Assembly (NCBI GenBank): GCA_965216315.1
Contig: CBDCFN010000015.1
Span: 423,801-487,800 of the forward strand
Length of the DNA stretch: 64,000 nt
Direction of reading: 5' to 3'
Source of the DNA: a bacterium
GTDB taxonomy: Bacteria; UBA10199; 2-02-FULL-50-16; JAJFLM01
Shown: positions 48,408-58,900 of the stretch, piece by piece
How the letters are laid out: each line of letters starts with the position of its first letter
Position numbering within the stretch: position 1 is the first letter of the stretch
Position numbers and translations under genes: made by a program
The notes under the pieces: model-generated
What the model was told of the DNA's origin: nothing
The model's input: the letters and a program-made list of their open reading frames with translations, nothing else
Databases searched by the model: none

Positions 48408-48491
48408 TCCGTTTGCGAAAATTATTTATCGATTACTCGGGTATACAGATAGACATAGCGTAGCCAGGCGGAATTCTGCTAGATTTTGCGT

Positions 48492-50399
48492 ATGCAGCCG
48501 CCAGAGCAAGTTAAGGACTTTCCGAGCGTTCCCGGTATCTATCGGATGTTGAATGCCCGGGGCACGATACTCTACATCGGCAAGGCGAAGGACCTAAAGA
48601 AACGGGTGCAATCTTACTGGACGCGCGCGGCGAAGGACCGCTACCAGGTGGAGCTTCTATTGAAGCAGGTCAAAGATGTCGACTGCATCGTGACCGATAC
48701 GGAGAAAGAGGCCCTGCTCCTTGAGCGGACGCTGATACGCAAACATAAACCCAAATACAACATTGAGCTCCGTGACGACAAGAGCTACCCCAGCCTCAAA
48801 TTATCGATTCAGCACGATTACCCGCGTATCTATTACACGCGCGATATCAAATCGGATGGGGGACTTTATTATGGACCTTACTCGTCCGCCTTTGCCTGCC
48901 GCCAAGTCGTTGACTACATCGAGCGGTATTTTTTGCTGCGCACCTGCAGTGATCGTGAGCTTAAATCAAGGAAGCGCCCCTGTATCCAGTATCAGATCGG
49001 CCGTTGCTCTGCGCCCTGTGTCGATTACATCTCCAAAGCGGCTTATCAGGAGATTGTTGCTCAGATAAAACTCCTTCTCGAAGGGCGCAGTGACAAGTTG
49101 CGGGGACTGATGGAGGCGAAAATGGCGGAAGCGAGTGATGAGCAACGTTATGAAGAAGCGGCTCGTTACCGCGATCTGTTGCGTGATCTGGATAAGACGA
49201 TGGAACAGCAGAAGATGGTCTCGCATCAGGGCGAAGAAAGAGACTTCGTCGGTCTTTATCGGGAAGGGGAGTCGGGAATGATTGCGGTCCTGATGATACG
49301 CGCTGGTAAAGTCAGTGATACGCACTGGTTTCCCTTTAAGAAATTGGTCGAGGATGAAGACGTTATCGAGTCTTTCCTGACTCAATACTACAGCGAACAC
49401 CGCTATATTCCCCCCGAGGTCTACGTCCAACTGGATTTGCCCGGGCGGGCGGCTTTGATGGAGTATCTCAGCGACGAGGCCGGGCGGAAGGTTCGCCTCT
49501 TTTGTCCCAAGAAAGGGGACAAGCGCGACCTGCTGAGCCTCGCGATGCGCAATGCGGGAGAGGCCTTTAAACGCCGCAGCGACCGTGCTAAAGACCGCGA
49601 GGCGGCGCTCGAGTATTTGCAACAGCGCCTTGGCCTCGAGAAACTCCCGCGCCGGATGGAGTGCTTTGATATTTCTAATATCCAGGGCAAACAGCCGGTG
49701 GGTTCGATGGTGCGCTTCAAGGACGGCGAACCGGACAAGTCATACTATCGGCGCTTCAAGATAAAAACACTCCCAGAAGAACCGAACGACTACGCGATGA
49801 TGTATGAGGTCTTGTCGCGGCGGTTTCGTAAGGCCGTCTCAAGTGAGACCACACGAGACGGGTGGCGCGAGGAGACCTTGGCACCGACCGTTAAGTCGCA
49901 GGGCAAGGTCTCCGACAGCGACAGGACCCGTCCAGAGACTAACAAATGGATATTGCCCGACCTCATCGTCATCGACGGCGGCAAGGGTCAGCTCAACATC
50001 GCCAAGAAGGTCCTCGAAGAACTCGATATCCTCAACGTCGATCTCTGCTCGCTCGCCAAGCCGCAGGAAGGCGAGGATAGGGATAAAGTGTTTATTCCAG
50101 GTCGCTCCAATCCGATTTTGTTACCGAAGAATTCCTCCAGTCTCCACTTGCTGATGCGCCTGCGCGATGAGGCCCATCGCTTCGCGATCACCTTTCACAA
50201 ACAGTTGCGCGGTAAGCAGCTACAGGCCTCGGAATTGGATAAAATCCCCGGCATCGGGGACGCCAAGAAGAAGGCCTTGCTCAAGCATTTCGGGAGTTTG
50301 AAGCGCGTCAAGTTGGCGAGTGTCGCCCAATTGGCCGAGGTCAAGGGGGTGACACGAGAACTCGCAGAACAAGTCCATAGGACGCTGAAGCAGGGCTAA
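48492..50399 (+). CDS. uvrC: Excinuclease ABC subunit C
   Basis: GIY...YIGKAKDL, PKYNI.LRDDKSYP, ECFDISN, IDGGKGQL, RDEAHRFA, HhH tail. Confidence 0.96.
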   Translation: MQPPEQVKDFPSVPGIYRMLNARGTILYIGKAKDLKKRVQSYWTRAAKDRYQVELLLKQVKDVDCIVTDTEKEALLLERTLIRKHKPKYNIELRDDKSYPSLKLSIQHDYPRIYYTRDIKSDGGLYYGPYSSAFACRQVVDYIERYFLLRTCSDRELKSRKRPCIQYQIGRCSAPCVDYISKAAYQEIVAQIKLLLEGRSDKLRGLMEAKMAEASDEQRYEEAARYRDLLRDLDKTMEQQKMVSHQGEERDFVGLYREGESGMIAVLMIRAGKVSDTHWFPFKKLVEDEDVIESFLTQYYSEHRYIPPEVYVQLDLPGRAALMEYLSDEAGRKVRLFCPKKGDKRDLLSLAMRNAGEAFKRRSDRAKDREAALEYLQQRLGLEKLPRRMECFDISNIQGKQPVGSMVRFKDGEPDKSYYRRFKIKTLPEEPNDYAMMYEVLSRRFRKAVSSETTRDGWREETLAPTVKSQGKVSDSDRTRPETNKWILPDLIVIDGGKGQLNIAKKVLEELDILNVDLCSLAKPQEGEDRDKVFIPGRSNPILLPKNSSSLHLLMRLRDEAHRFAITFHKQLRGKQLQASELDKIPGIGDAKKKALLKHFGSLKRVKLASVAQLAEVKGVTRELAEQVHRTLKQG

Positions 50400-50471
50400 A
50401 ATCTTTTATTTCGATCTACAGCAGCGGAGTGTTACACTACCCAGGTAGACATTATTGATCAGCATGCTGAT

Positions 50472-50576
50472 CGGTTCATGAAACGGCAAACCCATCGTGA
50501 GGTGGGGACGCAAAGCCACTGGGCCCGTGAGAGAGGCGAAGCCGTCATCTCACAGGCTGGCAGGGCTGCCAAGGAA
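50472..50576 (+). ncRNA. Cyclic di-GMP-I (GEMM) riboswitch
   Basis: GGCAAACCCATC-GTGA-GGTGGGGACGCAAAGCC...GGCAGGGCTGCC matches the class I consensus; lies in the 5' UTR of 50667. Confidence 0.85.
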
Positions 50577-50666
50577 GGCGATCGAGCCAATGCCTTTGAT
50601 TGCGCGTCCGCGCTCCCTCTTATGGGCTTGCCACTGCAAAATTTGCCTAGGCGGTAAGGAGGGAAG

Positions 50667-51248
50667 TTGAAAATGTATACAAAGATGAAAAAGGTTGTCG
50701 TTTCGGTTGTCGCTGGGATTGTTTGTGTTGTGATGCTGAATGTAGGGACGACGAAAGATGCGGATGCACAGGAGGTAGCGGATTATGCATTACTTGCCGG
50801 ATATATTTCGTTGGTAGCGCTTATCAATACGACCGAGTTGGGCAGGAATGTTTGCCCTGCCTATCAGGGGATGTCGAACGCAGTTGAAGCCATCCCAGGC
50901 CATGCTGAAGACGCCGAAATGGCCAATGCCGATGGAGATGATTCTGGAGAAGTAGCGGGAACTTCTGCGGCCATGGGCGCAGCGGATGCTTATATGGCGA
51001 CGTCGCAATCATGCGAGGGTGACTCGGCGGATGAGGCGCGCACGGCGATGCAGGCTGCTTCGGAGGTCCTACTTGATTTAAGGAGTCAGGCGATCGCGCG
51101 ATTGAGCCAAAATAGCTGTGGTAATGAAGTCGTTGATAGCGGAGAGCTGTGTGACTACACGGCGGACCCCCTAACCTGGAACTGTCCTCCGGATACGTTG
51201 ATCTGTACGATCAATTGTGAGTGCCAGGGTGGCATTATAGTTGAGTAA
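50667..51248 (+). CDS. Exported protein with a Flp-pilin-like segment and a Myxococcus-type Cys-rich repeat
   Basis: Hydrophobic N-terminus; DADAQEVADYALLAGYISLVAL; CGNEVVDSGELCD. Confidence 0.65.
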   Translation: MKMYTKMKKVVVSVVAGIVCVVMLNVGTTKDADAQEVADYALLAGYISLVALINTTELGRNVCPAYQGMSNAVEAIPGHAEDAEMANADGDDSGEVAGTSAAMGAADAYMATSQSCEGDSADEARTAMQAASEVLLDLRSQAIARLSQNSCGNEVVDSGELCDYTADPLTWNCPPDTLICTINCECQGGIIVE

Positions 51249-51470
51249 TAGATTTTTGCTGATTGTATGCTTGTGAGAGGCGAGGCCTCCGACAATAGCT
51301 TGCACTTGCAAAACGGATATGTGATTCCTTGGGTCGATGGGGGAGTTTTGACACTGGAGACCTTACGAGATGAGGTGCGCCGAGTGATCATGGAGCCGTA
51401 GATCGCTATCCAATCCCCTAGACAGTGAGATTGACGAAGATTGACGAATAAGTTGAAATAGCTGTAAGTC

Positions 51471-51487
51471 TTGGCACAAGCTTTGCT
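51471..51487 (+). promoter_or_regulatory. sigma54 (-24/-12) promoter
   Basis: TTGGCAC-AAGCT-TTGCT, an exact TGGCAC-N5-TTGCW match. Confidence 0.72.
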
Positions 51488-51512
51488 TCTATTTGGGGGT
51501 AGGAGGAAGTCT

Positions 51513-51788
51513 ATGGAAAGCAAGTCGGGCTTAACATCGGAGGATTTGTTACAGACCGTCTCAGATCTCATGGAGGCGGGAAGCGGCTTTGATACCAACC
51601 AACCGGTCGTGCTCTCCTGCGGGGGCATTCAGCTCAAAGGCCGTAAAATACCGAAAAATATGGCCTCTTGGCAGACCCAGCTCTATCTGCCCAAGCAAGA
51701 GCGAGCCCGGATCCGGACCTTCCGCATCAAGGGGGAATCCACCAAGCGCTCCCTCCAGCGTATTCTCAACCTCGAATCCCTCAATTAA
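51513..51788 (+). CDS. Hypothetical protein
   Basis: AGGAGG RBS before ATG 51513; downstream of the sigma54 motif. Confidence 0.6.
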   Translation: MESKSGLTSEDLLQTVSDLMEAGSGFDTNQPVVLSCGGIQLKGRKIPKNMASWQTQLYLPKQERARIRTFRIKGESTKRSLQRILNLESLN

Positions 51789-51970
51789 AGCGCTCATTTT
51801 GGTGTCGGATCTCCAACTCAAAAGTGGGGTCCACAGTCATTAAATTGACGCCTCAATGGGCATCAAACTTCGCAACTTTTTCAAATTATTGCAGATAATA
51901 GAGTCCGTCCGCGTAGCGCGTGGTGTAGGAAGTCTAATCTCGAATTTGGTGCGAGATTGGTGAAGATGAG

Positions 51971-52981
51971 TTGATAGCTAGCTTCTCGAACATGGCGAAT
52001 CTGACGCTCGGTCAATCCGCGCTCGTCCTGGCCTCCGTTTCTAATCATTTAATCGAACCGCATCTCGAAGCCAACTTTGATCAGTTTGATCATTACGCGG
52101 CCATCACACGTTCAGCCAATTTTCGTAAAGCTCTCACGGCTTTGGGATCGGTGCGAGAGCTGTGCCATCAAAACGTTCCTGAAGACGATGTCGATTTAGA
52201 GTTGGATCGGAGTGTGCTCCTGCTATGGCGGACTGCCGTTCATGATGTTGCCACACTTCCAGCGCCGGAGCGCATCTTGCTCGCATCAGCGTTGAATACG
52301 GTGGGGCGTTTGACCTTGGGACAACGCGAAGACGGGATGACGCGGGATCGCTTGGTACAGCTTTATATGGCGGCGGCAACTTTTCTGAGTGTTGAAGAGG
52401 AACGCGCGGTTGAAGTGGATGGCGCCACGTTGTTTGCGGAAGACTGTTTATTATCCGGAATTTTAATTTCCGCGCTCGGACGGCTTGATCGCGATGCTTT
52501 GCTGCCAAGGCACCGTCAACCGATTGTCGCGTTGATGTATCGAATGGGGATTGTAAATTTGATCAAAAATCTGCCGCTGCACGGGTTTCACCTGCGCCAT
52601 CTCTCCCATGCTACCCAAGCTCTCTTTGGCATTGACGTCGATCGTATCAATGAGTTTCTCTCACTAGCGTCTACCAGTTATCTTCGCGAGGCAATCGACT
52701 GGGATGGGGTCCGGGGCTTTCAGCAGTATGTGATCCCCGCGCTGCTCGATTCGATGTGCGTCGATGAAGGTTATGGTGTGCTACAAGAAGGGGTTCGGAC
52801 GTTTCCGGAGGATTTTACCTTGCGACGCATGCAACAAATCGTCGGGCCGCGGTGCCCAGAAAAAGTTGATCTCACGCTTGTGTTGAGCTTACTTGAGATG
52901 TGCGGGAGTTGCGACCGACCACTATCCCGCAGCACGCCGCACATCGCGGATTTTCTGCGGCAAGCTGGCCTCGGAGCTTAG
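51971..52981 (+). CDS. Hypothetical alpha-helical protein
   Basis: 336-aa ORF preceded by a sigma28-like motif at 51872-51898. Confidence 0.6.
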   Translation: MIASFSNMANLTLGQSALVLASVSNHLIEPHLEANFDQFDHYAAITRSANFRKALTALGSVRELCHQNVPEDDVDLELDRSVLLLWRTAVHDVATLPAPERILLASALNTVGRLTLGQREDGMTRDRLVQLYMAAATFLSVEEERAVEVDGATLFAEDCLLSGILISALGRLDRDALLPRHRQPIVALMYRMGIVNLIKNLPLHGFHLRHLSHATQALFGIDVDRINEFLSLASTSYLREAIDWDGVRGFQQYVIPALLDSMCVDEGYGVLQEGVRTFPEDFTLRRMQQIVGPRCPEKVDLTLVLSLLEMCGSCDRPLSRSTPHIADFLRQAGLGA

Positions 52982-55900
52982 ATACCACGGGCGTGGCGGG
53001 ATGCGAGGACGACATTGCCCCGGCTTCTTAGCGCTATGTCTGAAAGATCCAGTTCTAACACACTATCTCGAAATGTTGCTTCCAAAGCAGTTCTGAGCCC
53101 GTCCAAGCGTGTACGGCCAGCGGGATTTTCACCGTAATATTCCGGATAGCGTTGACGCGCCTCACGGACGACGGCATCGATCAATTGCGAGCGACGTTGC
53201 TGAAAACGTGAGACCGGTGCGGGCGCGGCTTCAGCAGCGGGTGCCGGAGCCGGCGCAGGAACAGCCTGGGCCGCTGGAGCGGATTGAGGCTGACGTTGCG
53301 GCATTCTAATATTGCGAGTCCCTTGTGGTGCTGCTTCAGCAGCAGGTGCCGGAGTGGGCGCAGCCTCTACTACAGGTGCAGGTGCTGCTTGAGCCGGAGC
53401 TGGCGCGGCCTCTGCAGCGGGCGCGGCAGCCGGTTGCTGCGGTGCGGGTTGAGGGCGCCGCCTTGGCATTCTAATATTGCGGGTCCCAGGCTGGGAGCTT
53501 TCTGCGGCGGCCGCGGGAGCCGCTGGTGCGGGGCGCGAAGCCGGTGTATACGTCAGCGTTGGTGCCGGAGCCGGTTCGCCGAGCATTTGATGGACCGTGG
53601 TACGGCCGGAGACGGTATCGATGATCTGGTTCGCACTGAGGGCGGAGAGATCCAGACTATTGAAACGCGCACGGCGCGCCATTTCATAAATCGTGTCGCG
53701 GGCGCGGGTACAATCCGTGATCCAGGAACCGCGGCGTTGACCGGCGAGGTGTTGCCAACGTGACATCAGGCGTCTGACCAGTTGGGTGCGCGCTGCCCCC
53801 GTGATGCTATTGCCCAGCTGGGCATCGATCATGTTCAGCAAATCATTGGCGCGGGCGCGCATGAGGCCGTTGAGCGTGTCCCCGTTGAGGGTCGGCCGGC
53901 CACTTCTGGCTCGGATGATTGGTCGTCCTGCCTGCGGGCGCAGATTTTGAGTGACCCAGTCGTTGCCGAAGACGCTCGACAGTTCAGACGCCCCCCAGAG
54001 GTGACGGCCTTCGATCCCGACGAGATGATTCGCCAAGGCGAGTTGATCGGCGCGCGGGAGTCGGCTGACGGCCTCGGTCATTTGGGTATGGGTCTCGAAT
54101 TGTTCTCCGCTGCCGCGGCGTGCGAACCAGTCCGTCACATCACGGAATTGACGTGGCGTCAATTCGAGGACGCGCGCCGCCTGCGGGCGAAAGCTTGCTT
54201 CCGGACTATAGCCGAAGGCAAATCCTTCAACGCGGGGACGGTTGGATGCACGCCCGTCGACCGCAAAGCGGACGGCGATATGCTGGTTATTTAAGGTCAG
54301 CGAATCCGAGGCGGTGTGGAGTCGTGCGATCTGGTAGAGTGCGCCTTGAATGCGTTCGCCACCCTCGACGATTGCGCGACCCGCGGGGGTGTCGGCGACG
54401 AAGACGGTCGCGACGAAACGGCCGCTAGAGGTCTCTTCCATGCGGACGCCGCGCAGCTGCAGACAACCCTCAAAGTGCGGCCATGTGCTTTCGTTGAGAC
54501 CATTGAGTAACGTTTCATAGACACGGGCCTCATGGGCGGGCATGACCGCACGAAAGCGCTCAATGTAACGGTCACGAATCGGTTGCATCATGCGATCACG
54601 TACAGCTTGTGCCTGAGGGGTGTCTTCAGTTGGAAAATCGGAACGTTCCGTAAGTTGATTAAGTTCCATGAGGGCCTCCATCATAATCGGATGGGCCTGG
54701 ACGTCGCGCATCCGGCTGGCGGTCAGGTCGAGGTTGTCGGCCGCCCGAATGATGAAGAGCAGGGGATGATTCGTTTCACTGGCACTCATGTAGCCGGAGC
54801 GAACGAAGGTACGCGCGATACTCTCAATGTGGGCTTCGCTCATACGAGGATAGCGTGTGCGAAGCCTTGCGCGACAATCTTCAACGATCGCCTCCGCAAC
54901 TCGGCGGTTGAGGTCGCGCTCACTCAAATTCGGGTGTTGCTGACGGAGTGCGCGACGACGGGCTGCCCTATTGGTATCATAGGGTTCCATCAATGAAATG
55001 ATGTCGAGAACGTCACTATGGCTGAGGTTATAGTGTGCTCTCACGTCATCCGGAAAGCGCAACTTATCGGCGCCATGGCGTTCAATGGCGAGAAAGGCTT
55101 CGTTAAACTGGGCATCGGTTGCCTCGATGCCGAAGACGTCGCGCAAGTGTTGGGCAAAGTCCGCTTGAAAGAGTTCACCGCTGCGAATCGCGTGAATGCC
55201 CTTGCTTTCGCCGGGACGGAGACGGCCGTAACCGATGTCGTGCAACAGGGCGACGATCTGGACCATGGTCCGGGCCTGGGCTTCGCTGCCGTATTGTGCC
55301 GTGAGTTGGCGGCGAAGAGCCGGCGAGCTATCAAAGACCTGTTCGGAGAGGCGCATGACTTGGAGCGTGTGGGGCCAGTCATGGGGCGTATAGGGTAACA
55401 GCGTATCCTGAACGTCCTGCTGGACGATGGCCTCGAAGAGGTCGTTGACGAAGCGCTCGATTGCCGGGCGGTTTTGCTCGCCGCGGAGGCGAATCAGGCT
55501 GTCGGTGAAGTTTTGACGGAACTCGAGGATGCGAGGATACAGGTCGGCGCGTCTTAATAAATCGGACGTCGTCCACGGGAAATGTTCATGACGAGCGGCA
55601 TCGATGCCGAAGAGGCGAAGCAAGCGCGTTCCGGCTTCCGTATGCGTCGTCTGATTAAACTCATGAATCGCAAGTGAAGCGAGGGCCCGTTGGCGCACGG
55701 CCGGTTCTGAAATCTGCATGATCGCATCGACGTGCTGGGCGGGATTCTCCCCGGTAAAGTGATGGAGTAGGCCTTCTCGATTGAGGGTGGTGAAAATTCC
55801 TTCGGGGCCAGTGGCCAGGACTTCCAGGATGTGGCCGTCGACCGAGCGCAAGAAGCGGGCGGCGTTGCCATCAGGTGTCCGGGCGGCGAGATCAAGCAGC

Positions 55901-58900
55901 GCGGAGATATTGTTCCGGGTATTCGGTTGCGCTGCGGCCTCGGCCAAGCGAGCGCGCTGACTCGGATTGAGTGATTCCACAAAATCGAGGACCGCGAGAT
56001 TGCCGGAAAGACGAATACCCTGTTGAGGAGATTCGATACCACTGGTCAGTGCATTAACGATGGACTGCAGTGCTTCGGGAAGATCCGCAATCCGTTGCTC
56101 GCGCGTGCGCGCCGCGGGCGTTTCACCGTTTTGCGCTTGCTGACGCGCCTGTTCGAGGCGTGCAAGTTCGGCCGGGCTAGCCATGCGTTCGCCGTTGCCG
56201 GTGGCCTCCGGACGCGCTGTTTCCGAGCCGCGGCGCCCCTCTTGCATGCGGCCATGGTACTCGCTCGTCCGGTTCCAAATCGTCTGCCACAATTCATTAT
56301 GATAACGATCGGCCCAGTCCGCACGGCCTTCCCACCCGTTGAGGATGCGATTGACTTCGATGTCAAAACGATTTTGTGAGACCTCACGGCCGTGGAGGCG
56401 AAGTCGAGCAATATCTTCGGCCGCGATGCGCATCTGCTCTTGTTGTGGGGTCTCGCGAGCGGCCCGGGTCGATCTCATGCTGCGCATTGCGCCCATGCCG
56501 GCTTCGATGGCGCCAAACTGCAAGGCGCCGACGAAGAGACGTACACCCAGAGGTTGGGTATTTTCCGGGGCCCAACCGATGGCATGATTAATATCTTCCG
56601 AGCCAACCATCGCGGAGACACCTGCAATAAAGCGCATGACGGGATGATTGCGGAACGGCATCGTGGCCAAGGTAATCGCGGCAAAAGTCGTCGTCGAATT
56701 ACGGGCGCCGACAAACATCTCTTCTCCGCTCATCTGCTCTCGTCCGGTCAGTCCGCGATACACGCCGGTCAGTCCGAAATTCACTGCGTTAAAAGTCGCG
56801 ACGTTGGCAGCGAAACTACCGGCGCCGGCCAGGATGGCACCGGTGACGCTTGCACCGACGCGGGCGATAATGGCGCCATAGGCGAGCTCGGCGGCGAGTC
56901 CGGCGGTGAAGAGCGAGGCGAGTAGGATCAAACCACCCTCGACAGAAAAGGTATGATCAATGACCTGTGCAAAACCTTGTTGGTAGGGCATCAAGTCGCG
57001 GGTATCACTGATCTGTCCGCCCAGCGTATTGGTGCCGCTCAAGTGATGTTGGATATTGTAAAAATCAGACAGTTCGGCCCGGTGATTGACGATGCGGCTG
57101 ATACTCGTGAACATATCGGGCAACTCGACGAAGTTACCCGCGGCACGGCTGTTTTGGATGGAGGCCAAAATAGAATGGATTGTCGGGGTGACACGTCCAT
57201 CCAACGAATCGTCACGGATCATTTCGCGAGAGACGCGCAAGAGGCGTTGGGCGCGCACGAAGGGCGCGTCGAGACGATCGCAACTCATCAGGGCATCAAC
57301 CGTCGAGCGGCTGATCGACCAGCTACCTATATTGCGATAAAAACGACGCACGGTTTCCGGCTCGGATTCGCGAATATGAGCAATAGCGTCCTGTGTCGTC
57401 GTTGCATCCCCGTCGTCGAGTACGGTCTGAATGCGGGTTAAGAATTGGTGCATGAAGCGGCGTTCTCGTTGGCGCTGCGCGACCGTTGCGCTCCGATGAT
57501 TCAATCCGATAGCGGTTCCGATCTGCCCGACGATAGAGCCGTCAAAATCTTCGTCATCTTGGGCCTCGTTGATCAAGCCTTCGTATTGACCGTCGATGAG
57601 TTGACCGAGCCAGTGAATAGTCATGGCCGTACGGCGGTTGGTAGAGCGGCCCGTGCGAGCCTCTTGAATGGCGGTCACGCGCGTCGCCAGTTGTTGCCAC
57701 GTGCCGTGGACCTGGTTGAGCAGGTCGGCATTGGCCGATTCAAGGTTCATAAAAGCATCGTGCCGAAGGCGGGCTTCTTCGGTATTGCCATAGCTGAGTG
57801 CACTCATGTAGCGGGTGTAAGTCGTGACATCGGTCCGGTTCTGTGCTTCTCCGAAGCGGCGCATCTCGCTGAGTATGTTTCGAAAGATGCGGCCGGTGCG
57901 AGACTCGATGGAACGCCCTTCAGTAGCGGCATCCAGTGCATTCGGAATGGCGTCGGAATAAAGCGCGGCTGCCTGGCGATACCAGGTAATGCGATCACCG
58001 ACGCTTAGATCCTCATCGCTGCGAATCGCGGTCAAGAGCTGTCGAGTCGCGGCTTCGGCGGCGCTTTCATCACCGATTTGACGGTAGGCTTGGATGACGA
58101 AGGCATAGGCACCACGTCGGGTCTCGGCCGTCGGCATCTGGCTGATGCGGCCTGCTAAATTACTAATGACCTGACGCATTTCTTGTGTGGCGGCCGCGGC
58201 CTGGTTGTGGTCGCCGAGTTCGGCATAAATCGTGCGGGCTTGGCTCAGGAGTTGAAGGCGTTGCGGAATCGTGCGGGTCTGACCGGCCTGGGTGACAAAG
58301 CCTTGGGCCTGAGTACGCAATCCATTGATTAATGAGGTTGCGCGCTGAGTATCGCCGAGGCGCGCATATTGCTGCGCGACTTGGTGGGTCACGCGAATGC
58401 GGGTTGCAAAAGGAACGTTCTCGTTGTTGGCGGCCGTGAGCGAATTATTCAGGACGCGACGGACGTCGGTGGTGTAGTCATGTCCCTCGACGGTCGTCGT
58501 GCTGAGGCTTTGATACAGGGCTCCGGCCTGGCCGAGTAGGGCAAGTCGTTGAGTGGGGTTGGTTGCCTCGCGCGCCCGGGTTTCCAGGTTGTAGGCGTCG
58601 CTGTGGAGATCATCGGTTGCATATTGTACGGGTTCCTCAAAACCACCGAGGGTGGCTTGGGCGGCGCGTAGCAGATTAAATTTAAGATGGCGGAGGGCGA
58701 TCTGTTGGTTGGGATCACTCGTATCGTTGATCTGTGAGTCGAGCATGCTGGCAAAGTCAGTTGCTAGATTGCGGAGGTTGCCGGAAACGCGTTCGGTCGT
58801 ATTCGTCTCCCGGGCGATATCTAAGATCTGAGTTAGGTGGGCGGCGCGCGCCGTCAGGGCGACGTCGCTGGTCGCGAGGGCATCGGCCCATTGGCTGAGG

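Noticed and set aside
51267..51401. 44-codon ORF after the riboswitch-controlled gene
   Set aside because: No RBS or recognisable motif; cannot be supported.
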